A model generated the notes under the pieces. That model did no database searches. It was not told where the DNA came from and saw only the letters and a list, made by a program, of their open reading frames with translations. A stretch of 64,000 nucleotides of DNA from Cycas panzhihuaensis (taxonomy: Eukaryota; Plantae; Cycadophyta): contig CM041465.1 in NCBI GenBank assembly GCA_023213395.1, positions 14,818,001 through 14,882,000 on the forward strand, read 5' to 3'. Shown piece after piece: positions 1 to 12,245 of this stretch; position 1 is the stretch's first letter, and each line of letters opens with the position of its first letter. A program made the translations under genes and the position numbers.

Positions 1-699
1 TTAACAAATAGGCAAAACAAAGAATCGTTCCATCACAAGAACGCACTATACAGGCAGAGAATGCACGCTGCACAGGCTAGGAACGTACCAAAAATGCTCA
101 TGGAATAGATCAAGCAAGGAAAGGACACATGGACCAGGACCGTATGGAAACACGTATGGCTTAATTAGCCAAGGGGTGGATTAATTAACAAAAGGGTGTG
201 CGTTAAGAAAAAGGGACAATTGTGACTTTTGGCCACAATCATTCCTCAACAGGGATGCACGGGGTATTTAATCACTTCCAATCATTGAGATGGGTGTGAG
301 AGCCAAGTTATTTGATCTTATGTCATACTCTCAAGGGTGAGAGCCAAGTTAAGTGAAGCATTGAATTTGTTCTAGTACGGATGACAGTCCAGCAACTGTC
401 TGAGATGTATGAGATGATGTAAACATTGACCATTGTTTAATAATACTACAGAGTTACATGGAATCCATGCGTACTTAATGTAGAATGCATGATGCTTGTT
501 GTATTTTATAATTATATTATGCACTTATGTGGCGTAATTGATATATGAATGTATACGTTGACCATGAGCACACACCGTAGACTACAGTGGAAACCTTGAC
601 AAGTGGATATCTCAATAGGGTAGATATTGAGTCAACGAAGATATTTATGGATTGTGGGTCCTCCTTTGAGGCTAATTTTGTGCTCTCTTAAAAGCCTAG

Positions 700-1520
700 T
701 TGGTCAAAGTGGTTGATGAAATGAAAGTGGACTATTCTTATAAAAAAATTATGAATTGAATTCTAAAAACTGTATGTCATAGTCGTGAATTGTTGGGTGA
801 AAACATGGATGATATTTCTTCTTTGATTGAAACAATGAAAACGTCAAGCATGAGAAGAACAATGTAGATGAGTTGTAAATGGAGATTGCCAAGTACCTTT
901 GCGATTAGGCACTATGATTGTCTCTCGACTATTGTGTGGTGGGCTTGCAAAAGAGTAGCAATATCCAGTGTGGACTATAAGGCCCTGATGATTAGCCTAG
1001 ACATGTTTTATGTGCAACTATAAGACCTGTATTGATGGCTTGGGCATGCTCTATGTCCAACTACAAGACGCTTATTGATAATTGGCATATCTTTTATGGA
1101 TTGTAAGACTTAGTTGGCACCTTAGGTTAGCAACAAACCAAACCTAAGTGATAATCGATTATCCACTAAAGTAGTGAGTTGTGTCCTCCTATCCTCAACT
1201 ACCAACCCCTTGAAAAGCACGTGGCTAGTGCTTCCAAGCTAAGCTAGTGAGATCAAGGATAACACCATTGTGAGACTAATCCTCGAAGGATGGCCACTGT
1301 TTGAGATCAATCCCATGTCCAAAAATGAGGCTTGGGCACCATTTTCACAATGACACTGTGGATCATGCTACCAAATGGACAAGAGCACTATAGAGTGAGA
1401 TTAGTGGTAACACAAGCAGGTGGCTACTCATTCCGACAATGGATTGTTGGGGGCATTGCACATGAAAATACCAAATGGTTGGTTCAAGCGACCACAGTTG
1501 TATCTTTTCATAGTCACAAC
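700..1520 (+). mobile_element. Highly degenerate Gypsy-like pol remnant
   Basis: VDHATKWTRAL at ~1358-1390 resembles the Gypsy integrase xDYFTKWVEA motif; little else is recognisable and boundaries are approximate. Confidence 0.3.
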
Positions 1521-1659
1521 TTCAACATGGAACCCTCTTCTCCTGTCTACTATGTGTATGCGTGTATGGATGTGTGGTGAGAAACAGCCGTGTGAAACAA
1601 TAGAATTAATGAATATTAGGCAAAAACCCTAATATCATCCCCATTATGTTGCGTTCATA

Positions 1660-2760
1660 GGTTAGATGGGAAGGTTTTTTAGAGTAAATAGGTGGATATC
1701 CCAAACATGGCTACCAACCTGAGAGGTGTACCCCAAGCTTAACCTATATAATACAACAAAGGGTTGTTTGTTAGCTCCTAATAATCCAGGATAGGATAAT
1801 GGTTTGGATTCTCTCAATCCTTGCCCACTCAAAAGGGATAAATATTGGCCCCAGATTTCAGCCCCATACAAGACTATGGGTCTAACCAAAGTATCAAAGA
1901 GCCATTGTTTTGTGGCTATACCCTAGAAATGCATCTAGAAGCACTAACTCTCCAAAAGCAAAGTGAAGCATAACCTTTCCCAACCTAAGAGGGTGTGCCC
2001 CAAACTCAACCTATATAATACAATGAGGGACCATGTTAACTCCTAATAAACCTATATAGCATAATGGTTTAGACTCTCTTAGTCCTTGCCCAATCAAGAA
2101 GGGATAAAACTTGGCCTTAGATTTCAGCCATGTACAAGATTGTGGGTCTAACCAAAGTACCAAAGAGCCACTATTTCATGGCTATATCCTAGAAATGCAT
2201 CTAGAAGCACTGTCTCTGCAAAAGTGAAAGTGAAGCATAGCCTTTCCCAAGCTTACTTGATGATGTCAAGTGCATATTGAAGACAAGGCCAATAAATTCA
2301 ACTACAAGATATGTACAAATTGGGACAACCTCAACCAATTGTCCTCGAAATCATAGTGTCACCTTGGCTAGGGCCTCCATTGAGGTGTTGAAAACAATTG
2401 CCTTAGTCTTGCTAAGGTTCACCACAAGTTGTTTGTTATCCCAAAATCGAGCTAAAACATTCAAGTGTCTCAGAAGCCCTTATAGGGTGCTAGAAATAAG
2501 AACATCATCTGCAAATAACAAGATGGTGATCAAAATGTTGTGCAAAAGGCACCGTCCTCTCTTGAGGTAGCCTCCCTAATGTATTACTCCAACTTATCAA
2601 TATAAAAGCCAGATAAGGTAGGCGAAAGAGGACACCCTTGTTTAACACTAATACTGCTTTAAAGCTCCCTAGAAAGGTCGTGCACTATATGAACCCAACC
2701 CAACACTGTCCCATGCAAGGTCATCATAGCTAAGATAATATCTTGCAAAAAGCCCCATAG
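1660..2760 (-). mobile_element. Non-LTR retrotransposon (LINE) RT fragment inside the HPAT terminal intron
   Basis: Minus strand gives GVKQGCPLSPTLSGFYID (~2650-2597), ILLFADDVL (~2525-2498) and LFDTLVRPIVLYGAEIWG (~1900-1848). Disrupted by stops, with an internal tandem duplication. Confidence 0.85.
1714..2250. repeat. ~266-bp diverged tandem duplication within the LINE
   Basis: 1714-1979 and 1980-2250 both start ccaacct.agagg.tgt.cccca and end gtgaagcata.cctttcc. Confidence 0.85.
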
Positions 2761-3941
2761 AATTATCCATTGAAATTTCATGGAAATAATAATAATAAAG
2801 AAATTATATTAACATTCATTGGAGATCAAAAGCAATCTATGGGTCAATATAGACATCAACAAGATGTTGTAATATCAAGAGAGCTGTCTAGGGGATTTCT
2901 GACCATAAGTTGAGCGGATCATATGAATAAAAACATCACCAATACAAAATAATGAGGCAAACCAGGCGGTCAAGCCACTATAACCACCAAGATACAAGGT
3001 TAGCAAAGGTCTCAAGTGCCTTCTCCTCGTCAAGCACTTTAACATCCACCTGAGTTTGTTGAATAAAGCTCATAGTCAATGTCTCATCTAGCATGTGGAA
3101 AAAAACGAGGGACGAGGGTGGTATGTCCAATTATAGGTGACCACATGTAGGGGACACAGAATCATAAATGCCTTAAGGCAAGAAAATTGAATCTACTGGC
3201 CTTCTAGATTTTGCCAAACTTGAATAGGAAAATGAAGTTGACCCAACTTGAACATTACAAAAGTTTTTGCAGTGTTCCTAATTCAAACTCATAAATCTCA
3301 TATCCAACCAAATTTAGTCAATGGAGCTGATCAAAGGTTATACCAGCTTGGAGCTGTTGTGATATACTTCTGAAGAACATGTAGCATAAGCATTGTGGCA
3401 TTTCTATAAGGAGCGCACTTCATGCAGCTTGAGCTTATTAAAGCTTCCATGTTGATTGTCTGTACTTATATTCTGCATATGGAATGATGTATTGGGCGAG
3501 TTAATATATCATATTCTGAAGAAGAATGCAGCTGAGAATTGAATTGCCAGATAAAATATTCATAATAGATGATTAGTTGCTAAACAAATTACATGTCTTC
3601 CCAGTACGGTCTATAATTCCCATAAGCGTTGAAATGCAAATGCAAGAAGTTTCAGACAGTAGGCTTTGTATTTGTTGTCTTGATCAATTCAACTTTGATA
3701 TAGTTATGCAGTGGTACTTTCCTAAAACAACCCACTGCTCGTCCTGTTTTCTCTCTCTTTCCTGGAGCTCTATCATTCACACTCCACAAAGCTGTTAAAG
3801 TTCAATAATTCTTGGCCCTTTTCTCAAGCACACACAAAATGGGCCACATATGGATAAACCTGTTTACAGAAGTAAGATTTACCCGAGTGTATAAACCAAT
3901 CTTATATGATACCACTGCAACAATGAAGAACAGTGCCCTAC

Positions 3942-4055
3942 CACACTTTCTGGAACTCCAGGTGGTGGAAGCATAAGGTTTCTTGGGGGTGCGCCATGCT
4001 CAAATGACCTTTTATCAAACCTCCATTCTCCTATTTTCCCATATGTCAACTTACC
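3942..4055 (-). CDS. HPAT: HPAT exon 7
   Basis: gcgcag|GKLTYGKIGEWRFDKRSFEHGAPPRNLMLPPPGVPESV|gtaggg. Confidence 0.92.
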
Positions 4056-7000
4056 CTGCGCGGGCAACAAACCCAGTATGTTAATGTCAGGTTGTGAAAG
4101 AAAAGGTTATCATGGTCTTAAGAGATATCCTTCAAAATTATTTCCCAAAATTGACCTGGGGATCTCATACAAAATAAGCACTTTTACCTAGATTCAAGAA
4201 ATCGAACCAATGTTTTCCATTCACAACAAGCATTACAATCTGTATCCATTAACAATGAAAAATATGATAATACCTTCATATCATAGTCACATCCATAGGT
4301 ATAATGAATGATGAAGTTATCTGAAACCTCTGGATCCCAAGGGGGCTGATATCAGAAGCAAAAATATAGCAATGACAAAATATTAGCAGATCAAACAAAC
4401 TTACCATGCACATCCATTGTTCCAGTATGTATGGTACTTTAAACTAAATAGTTACTTGTAAAAGATACCTTACTTCACAATGCTATGATAAATTATAATG
4501 CCAGGAAAACTACAGAAAAAGAAAATTGTTGACACCTGGATCATAAAGTCCTTGCGAAGAACATGCTGCACCCCATGCAGCGCAGAAGCAATTGCATAGC
4601 CATACCTGGAAAACAAAGATAAATGAGTGATTGGAAAGACACCACCCTCATAACTTGGCACATCTGATTGAAAACGAACTGGCCTTAGAAAGACTGTCTT
4701 ACATCTCAAGCACCCAACCAAAAGCTCTATCCGCCTCTGGATCATTTTTCATTGCCAATGAGATGTTTAACCATGTTGGTGCAATCTTCTTGAGAGATGC
4801 CTGAAAACATTACATAACAATATCTCATAAACCAAATAATCTGTCATTTGAATTGAACTTTGTCTTAATTTTTATCAAGTAAACTCAGGAAAAGATAAAG
4901 AACTTTTGTCACAAGGATGCAGGTGTTGGGGCAGGATGGCAAGAATCCAAAGCAGCATGCCCAAACTTGGATTTGCCATGGGTACAGGTGTGTCTAATTT
5001 GCAGATGGGTCAAGCATAGAGGTATAACATCGGATATAAAGGGCCCTTCATTTTTAAAGACTTTGTAAAAGGACAGTCTCCAATTATGTATTTCACAACC
5101 CCCTTTTAACATTTTTGATAAGTCCAAAACAAAAAATGTCATCTAGACTGGCACTTCTGAAAGCTTGGCTTAATACAGAAACAAAAGGCAAAAAGAAACA
5201 ATCATCTGAATGACCTCCTACAAATAATATGCAATGCTTGTTACATTAAGCATGAAGTAGAGCATTTCTTTCATATATTCCATACAGCATATTGAACAAT
5301 TTCAACAATATCAAGAAAACCAGAATAATAACAGTCACTAGCAGCAGCAAGGTTTGGATGCTTCGGACATTGCTGGTCAGAGATAGTTCCAAATTCCTTT
5401 ATGAAAACACATTAGGGTCTGAGTGGTATCGCCTATATGAAATTGTCTGAGCGATAATGTATCATTAAATTCCGTATTACAGGCTGATTTTCCAGAAGCA
5501 AACTCTGAACCGTATTATACTAGCAAAGTCTGCATTATAGATTGATTTTCCAGATGTAGGCCCCAAACTGTATTATACCAGTAAACTCTGTATTACAGAT
5601 AGATTTTCCAAGTATAAACTCTGAACTTTATTGTACCAGAAAACTCTGTATTACAGAGTGATATTCTGGATGTAAACTACAAACTGTATTATATCAGTAA
5701 GCTTTGTATTACAGATTGATTTTCAGGTGTAAACTTTTAACCGTATCATATGCAGTTGAAAATGGATGTGATACTGGAATTTAAACCCCAACCTTATTGG
5801 GAAGTAAATAGTTAATTAGTAAAATAGACTTAAAAACCTGAAAAACAGATAAAATTAAAACCATTGCTAAATGAGTCTAACAAGATCATGCTAGCATAGG
5901 CCACATTTAATAGATTGTAAGATGCATGCCTGGATGCATTAAGGAACTGCCCAGATGCATACCCTGGTTTCTGGGTGTGCCTAGGCAGTCCCAGTTGCTG
6001 CCCGATCCCATCCCTAGGCAGCCAGGGTTGGGGAGTGTACACACCTAGTTACACTATGAAGAATATATGGCCCGAGTCCAAATAAGCTTAAGCGTGGAAG
6101 GAAAATTTACCAGAAATAGTTCAGAAAACAAGTAAAATATAAACTTGGGTAATACCGAGCAAGCTTGAAAACAAGTTCTTTTAAAGCAGGTTTTGATAAA
6201 CTAAATCAAAACGGGATGAATGCATACCTTTTTTATAATGACCGGAGAGTTCCCTATAGGATCAATGTTTGTGACTGGGCCTTTGTCTTCATCAAAGAAT
6301 TTTCGTATAATGGCTTCATATTTTTCCGGTGTAATATAAAAGAAGGGAAAAGCTGCTGGAAAATCTTCTGTAGCCAAGTTCGGCATTGGCTTGACGATAA
6401 TGTGGTCAGGTTCTGCCATCAATACGTACCTAGCAAAATTACCCATAGTTCTTAATTCTACCTGTATGTGTGTCTATGCACGTGAGGCAGAATACATCTT
6501 TTCTTGGTTCTGCAGTGTCTGATTTGTTTTTTTTGGGTCTCTCTCTCTCTATCTCTCTCTCTGTAACACAGATCCCATTAAAACCAGTTACATTACATCA
6601 CTAAAACCAAAGATTGACCACCATATGTCCGGAAGAAAACTATTTTGTACATGGATTCAATATGTTAGCACGGGGAGGGTTCTATAAATCATGCTTACTC
6701 TTCCTCAATTTCGGCCTTTTTCAGCCATTGCACAAACGCCCAGGGCCTATTCAGCACAACATATCCCTACAGGGAAAAACAACAAACAATTCAATAGAGG
6801 ATCTATTACGTCAAAGCCTTCATCAATTCCCGCTTTAAAAATAAACATATGGGCGAACATTACGAATTTTCCCCCAAAAATTTACACGTTTTCCCAGGCC
6901 GGAGGAGGACATCGGGAAGAGAAGCATTAATGCCAATGTGGACATTGAAATGCTAATGCTACGCCCAATTTAGTGCGCCCAAACAATCAATAACCCTTCC

Positions 7001-7470
7001 CTATTGCTCTTAAACGTTTCCAACATGTACAATAAATACTGGAGAGAAAAAAGTGGGCAGCGCACCTTATCCAATCCTTCGGGAAGAGGATCTGCCACAA
7101 AGGTTGGAATCTCGTCCATGAGGTTGTCAGGGTTTCCAGAATGAAGTATCCTAGTGAATCCTCCCATTTCTGATCCGGGTTTATTACGTAGTTGCTTGAA
7201 CCAATAGTACATTATTCTACACTGCCACCTGTTGTAGGATGAATCTGTTGCAGTCAATGCAGTGTGAAATAATCTCTTCTGCTGTCTAAAATGATTAGGC
7301 AATCTGATGGCTGTATCCACAGAAACAAATGCATCTGCTTCACCCTCATCATCAGCAGCAGAGCTATTGCTCGAATTGTGGATTGTAGTCGTCGTGGTGA
7401 CGATGTTGTACGTGATTAGAGCTACCGTGAGAGTTAGAAGGAATGAGCCCAGCAGCCTCTCCAACCCCAT
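3942..7470 (-). CDS. HPAT: Hydroxyproline O-arabinosyltransferase (HPAT/RDN1/NOD3 family, GT95), spliced gene; exons 7470-7066, 6766-6699, 6429-6228, 4800-4703, 4605-4536, 4345-4274, 4055-3942; last exon not in window
   Basis: Seven exons join in frame through GT-AG introns (405+68+202+98+70+72+114 = 1029 nt, 343 codons). Product has an N-terminal TM anchor and family motifs WQCRIMYYW, SEMGGFTRILHSG, GYVVLNRPWAFVQWL, LMAEPDH, AAFPFFYI, DPIGNSPVII, AFGWVLEMYGYA, QPPWD, HYTYGCDY, GEWRFDKRS. Confidence 0.95.
4274..4345 (-). CDS. HPAT: HPAT exon 6
   Basis: tatcag|PPWDPEVSDNFIIHYTYGCDYDMK|gtatta. Confidence 0.92.
4536..4605 (-). CDS. HPAT: HPAT exon 5
   Basis: ttccag|YGYAIASALHGVQHVLRKDFMIQ|gtgtca. 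Confidence 0.92.
4703..4800 (-). CDS. HPAT: HPAT exon 4
   Basis: tttcag|ASLKKIAPTWLNISLAMKNDPEADRAFGWVLE(M)|gtaaga. Confidence 0.92.
5474..5750. repeat. 58-bp minisatellite, ~5 diverged copies, in HPAT intron 3
   Basis: Units start near 5474, 5532, 5590, 5648 and 5706 (consensus gtattacagattgattttccagatgtaaactctgaactgtattataccagtaaactct). Confidence 0.85.
6228..6429 (-). CDS. HPAT: HPAT exon 3
   Basis: ctag|G TAC... YVLMAEPDHIIVKPMPNL...GNSPVIIKK|gtatgc. Confidence 0.93.
6538..6562. repeat. (CT)n microsatellite in HPAT intron 2
   Basis: tctctctctctctatctctctctct. Confidence 0.8.
6699..6766 (-). CDS. HPAT: HPAT exon 2
   Basis: ctgtag|GGATAT... GYVVLNRPWAFVQWLKKAEIEE(E) ...GA|gtaagc; too short for the ORF track. 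Confidence 0.92.
7066..7470 (-). CDS. HPAT: HPAT exon 1 (ATG at 7470; signal anchor + start of catalytic domain)
   Basis: MGLERLLGSFLLTLTVALITYNI...DEIPTFVADPLPEGLDK, then donor AAG|GTGCG. Confidence 0.92.
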
Positions 7471-7722
7471 CCTTGCAAGACAAAGACCTACCCCCGCATT
7501 ACCAGCCAACCAGAGCCCCACGACTCTTCACAAGCGTTTCCCCGCCTATCTTATGCCACTGCCCAGAGAAATTATATGTATTTCATAAACTTCCATCTAA
7601 TTTTGGTTTCCTTCACCGAGCTACGAGATTGAAGGGCGTTGACACGACAGACAAAGTCGAGTCCCAGCCATCTCCGAGTTCAAGTAGTGAAGACAACGTG
7701 TCTTTTTCTTTTTCTTTTTTTC

Positions 7723-7738
7723 TATATTTATAAATATA
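7723..7738 (-). promoter_or_regulatory. Candidate TATA box of HPAT (16-bp perfect palindrome TATATTTATAAATATA)
   Basis: About 255 bp upstream of the ATG, in a CpG-retaining region (7300-7900). Supported by position only; no TSS data. Confidence 0.4.
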
Positions 7739-9165
7739 ATAATAATGAGACAGAATTTAGACGCACACACATACCTACCTACTCGCCTATATTTCATTCA
7801 CGGTATTCGGAGGCACAATTTTTAATGTCGATGACCTCTAATTAAGTATGTCGATAACTCACAACTGAGTGCACTTAACGGCAGTTTCCAATTGACTACG
7901 CTTAGAATTCATAACAATGATTTTCAAGATCAATGTGCAGCCAAGTACTTAAAAGTGGGGTTAGTCCACCGTTAGACCATCTTTTTGAGGGTTCAAAAGA
8001 AGGTTTATGAATTGAAATAGATGCAATCAAAAAGGAGATGTTACTTTGACGATCAACTTCTTAACCTAATATCATCTAATCTAATTACCTTTTAAATTGA
8101 TTATAAAAAATAATTAGATTGGCAATACAAAATAATTTGCTTATTTAGAAAATCTTCCTTAATCAATAAATTTAATTATCTAAATGATAATAATGCCAAT
8201 GACCAAGCATGTTAAAACTTTTCAAAGGAAGAAATGATAATTGAATTGTAAAAGATCATACCTCTCTTGACTAGTAAACCATTGTGGGCTTATTTTACAC
8301 ATCTATGTTGAATAACATGTTTTAAAAAAAAATCTAATATGCAACCCATCATGCATATGCCAAAAACAGACCAAGTGAAGGTTGTCTATTATGACATAAA
8401 AGGAAACATCACTTATAAAAACAATACAAGAAGCCTCATTGTGTTTGTTCAATTGGGTCACTAATTACTATTAATGTTTACAAAGGCATTGAACTCAACG
8501 AATCGGTAATAAGGTTTCCAAAATCTATCTTATCTAATACATTTGAAAACATTTCTTATTTCAAAAATTACACCATGTTTCTAAATACTCTTAAACAAAA
8601 GAATGGTAATACCACCACCATTTCTCAATGTTTTGCTAGAAAACAATTTTCAATAATAACAATGAAAAAGACACTTTGTCAAAATGAATGTGAACATAGT
8701 AATCCCTAAAATCATCAACTTATATGTGCTACGTGTAGCTTTGCTTCAGCATCAACAACTTCCATTTTCTCTCTGCTTGAATAAATATTCATCATAAATG
8801 TTTTCTTACTCCATCAATCTCCTTGTTTGGATTACAAGCAGTTCAAATTCAAATGCATGATGTAGATGCATTGTATCATGGTTCCTTTTCCTAAAGACCC
8901 ATGAGATGAAATATCTTATCTTAAAAATTCAAAATTATGTGTGACTTAGTAACTATGAAATGCTTTCTAATTTATTTAAACATATAGAAACTATCACATG
9001 AACTAACTCACATAGTTTTGTTTTCTGCTAGTAAACAAAATGAAAAGGTTAAATACTAGTCAACTTATGGGAAACACCAACCACTAATAAATTGTATTAC
9101 ATTCAAGTATTTATAGTTTAAAATGTTGACGTGAAAAGATGAAAACAAATTAAATTAAGCTCTCA

Positions 9166-9294
9166 TTTAAAGTAAACTTTTGATTTTCCTTTGCTTATTA
9201 CTTCATCTAAGGGAGTACAATCATAATGGTTTAGAATTGTTGCATTTATAACCACCAATATTAGCTTGCAGACAACTTGTATATGCCCATTTAA
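9166..9294 (-). pseudogene. Fragment of a small ankyrin-repeat protein gene (YAR1-like plant ankyrin, C-terminal repeat)
   Basis: LNGHIQVVCKLILVVINATILNHYDCTPLDEVISKGKSKV matches the ankyrin pattern LNGHxEVVKxLILAGAxxxxLNxYERTPxDEA; upstream repeats are missing. Confidence 0.65.
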
Positions 9295-11077
9295 TTTATG
9301 AAAATTCCAAAACACTTTTACCATGGATAACATGGGAGACATGCTCTCAATACAATATTTCATCCATTTCTATAACCATTTGGTCTTTCCCATAGGAGGA
9401 TAAGGATTGGGCACATAGTTGATCGACCTAATCAATATCTCAATTGCCATTAGGAAATTAGAGGTACCTCAAATTGTGTCTTTGGTAGCCATCATGACAT
9501 TTATTTGTAAGAGCTTTGATTGCATCTCTGGAAAGTGGTTTGCCTTGTATAATGAGATTTGTAACACTATTTAAATATTTGTCTATAAAAAAGTAAATAA
9601 TGATTAAGGAAATGGGAGGTGAATCTAGTTTATTCATAGAGGAGTATAGTTTGAGAACCATAAGTCTAGGTCATTTTGTACGATTTCCCCCTTCTAGTTA
9701 AGTTGGTAGGCTTATTTTGTAATAGACGTATATAATCTCAAACATTGAGGGTAATTCAAACCATGGTAATGTAAGCATCTAGATTGATATAAATCATAAA
9801 AATAGAATACTCTAAAAAAAAAAAAAAAAAAAGAAACAAACATATAAATCATTCTACCTAAAATTTGAAGAATATAAATATGTGTAACTTACTTATTTAT
9901 AAAGTTCCAAAGAGATATTTATATTGTATTAATAAGAATCCAATTCTTCAACATAACGTATCAGTTTCTACGTCACTTAGGGCAAAATATCTAGGTAGCA
10001 TTTCTAATTCTTCCTCTCATTTGCCCAAGTCATTATGCCTTTCCACTTCCCAAAATTGGCTAAGGTTTCTCTTAATTACGCATTCCTCTGTAAGCAAATC
10101 CATTATAGTCACAATTCTCTTCATCCACCTTTAAAAAAAAATTATCCTTCTGCCATTGTCTCCCTTGTCCCTACTTGGTGTCTTATCTTTACTACCTCAA
10201 ACCATCAAGGGTTTGTGAAAATAAACATATATGTAAAGTAAAAAACAAGAATAAAAAATCATCCCCTATTCCATACATATATTAGACTTTGGTCCATTTT
10301 TTTTATTTTTTTAAGGATAAAAAATGTGTGAAGCCCTATTTATTAATCCATTAAGAAATATATACAAGTGGAGGAAGATGACAAGGCCGTTTAATTTGTT
10401 GCAAGATGCATTAAACAAGCCTTATCATTGATCAAACACTAATATAAAATTTAACTCAACTAAATACATGGGGCCCCACATAAAAAGGGGTATACATATG
10501 AAACAAAATAATTATATCAAATGGGGGAAACATCACCCCATATAGCCTAGATCACTAACATAAGAAATGTTACTAGTAAACAAAAATAATTAAGGCATCA
10601 ACAATATATTTGCCATAAAATAACATAACTACTTTTACAAATTTTTAATAGACTAAACCAATCTACTTATTGACACTACTAATAAGTGTTTGTTATTTTT
10701 AAAGAGATAATGATGGTTATACAATGCTTGCGATATGATATTAATGCCATGTAAAAGCTTCATACAATCGGTATTTTGATAAGAGTTAGGCTTATAATTT
10801 CATTTGTTGAATCAACTTCAAAACTTATTTCCAAAAGAAAACAAGTAGTAACCATCAAAGTTATAATTTAAAAAGAAAATTAAAAAAATCTTAAAATGTG
10901 TAATTAGAAAATATTTCTTTGAATGTTGAATCATCATTAACAATACCTTCTTATGTGCTTCTTGGCCTATAAAATTAAATTATATGTAATACTAAAAGAT
11001 GCCAATAACACATACTTCAATTTGATGCAAAACCAACTAGTTCTTTAACATCGTAAAAGGGAACTACAGCTGGTCCT

Positions 11078-11354
11078 TATTGGAATAATACTTATATTTG
11101 GGTGATTGCCCACATTGGGATAATAACTCATATTATGGAAAATATTGTGGCAACACATTGTTAGGTATTTGTCAATGTTAGGTAGTGGTGGAGTTTGAGA
11201 GGTGTGTCAAATCCTCTTTGTTGCGCCTATTTATTTAGGGGATATGAAGACTCTAGTGTTCATTAACACCACCATCCTCATAGATTGATGGTTGTGCCTT
11301 TCTTGATTTCATTTTATTTCTCTTATCTATTATCTTTGTCCTCTTATTCCATTA
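11078..11354 (+). repeat. 5' LTR of Copia A
   Basis: Direct repeat of 20611-20905; termini eroded to TA...TA; followed by a PBS. Confidence 0.88.
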
Positions 11355-11612
11355 TTTGATATTAGAACAGCGTTGGATAAGCTATTTAGGACTCTCAGTC
11401 AGAACTACTGAAGAGTTCATAAGGCTATATCATTTATCTTATTACTGTTGCATAAAACTTGTGTGTGGTAAAGCAAATATAGCTCCAAGTTTCTTCCATT
11501 GAATCTATTACTCTATATTATATATGTATAGCTTATCATCTAAATGTCTCACTACTCATATCACACTGGACACTTACAAGACTCAAATGAAACTGAGGTA
11601 GGTTTTACCTTA

Positions 11613-12245
11613 CTAAACTACTTGGGGTTTATCTAATGTTATTATTTTGGTATTGTTGTTGTTACCTTGAGGAGGAATAAGCTGGACACCGGAAACTTGC
11701 CTAGGTAATTTTTTGGAATCACTTCCTATGTTTTTTCCTTCAAATATCTTACCGAGGATATCTAATGTTTTTTCCATGACGTGAATATCACTGTCTGGAG
11801 GATTGTATTTCATTGCATTGGGAAATGTCAGCCTAACATCTGAGCCAAACTCTAGTGGACTTGAATAGACTTCAGTATCAAGTTTCTTTTTAATTGTGCC
11901 CAAATTTATAGATTTCTTTATAACCCTGAAATAGTCAGGAATGATTAGTTTGACGACATCATCATGTGTATTGAAAACCTAGTCGAATCTGCAGAGCATG
12001 AGCCTCCTTAGCATAGTCCCACATTGCTTCGTAATCGTGCCATCTGGTTTCGCTTGTCGAACAGGAAAAACTTCCCTTTGTCTCTTCTCATCTCTGATTT
12101 TAAATCTCCCTAACAGGCCACGCTTAGTACCAGAAGAGGCCCTTTAATTTTCATTTTTTTTTATAATGTGAGCCAATTTTTCTCTGACAGAGATAAACTC
12201 CGAATTTACATACAATTGTTTGGACTTAGAGGTCCTCTTCTCTTT
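11613..12245 (-). pseudogene. GTE: BET/GTE (global transcription factor group E) bromodomain gene fragment, disabled
   Basis: One reading frame: KEKRTSKSKQLYVNSEF...KQCGTMLRRLMLCRFD*VFNTHDDVVKLIIPDYFRVIKKSINLGTIKKKLDTEVYSSPLEFGSDVRLTFPNAMKYNPP. In-frame stops at 12144-12146 and 11979-11981 (conserved W TGG>TAG); no ET domain seen. Confidence 0.85.

Noticed and set aside
1-700. Possible LTR at the left edge (15-bp direct repeat gtgagagccaagtta at 296 and 337)
   Set aside because: No partner LTR, PBS or PPT in the window to support it.
1330-1360. Minus-strand VIVKMV as the missing HPAT last exon
   Set aside because: Continues PKPHFW rather than NEATANIPNW, and the phase after the nearest AG does not fit.
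5474-5750. CRISPR-like regular repeat
   Set aside because: Contiguous diverged tandem units with no unique spacers, inside a plant intron, and no cas genes.
5890-6058. Possible MITE in HPAT intron 3
   Set aside because: GC-richer patch, but I could not identify paired TIRs or a TSD.
7471-7521. N-terminal extension of HPAT in the ORF track
   Set aside because: Starts at GTG; the first in-frame ATG at 7470 directly precedes the signal anchor.
9814-9832. Poly(A) run as a retrocopy tail of the ankyrin fragment
   Set aside because: Wrong strand and side for a minus-strand fragment, and no TSD found.
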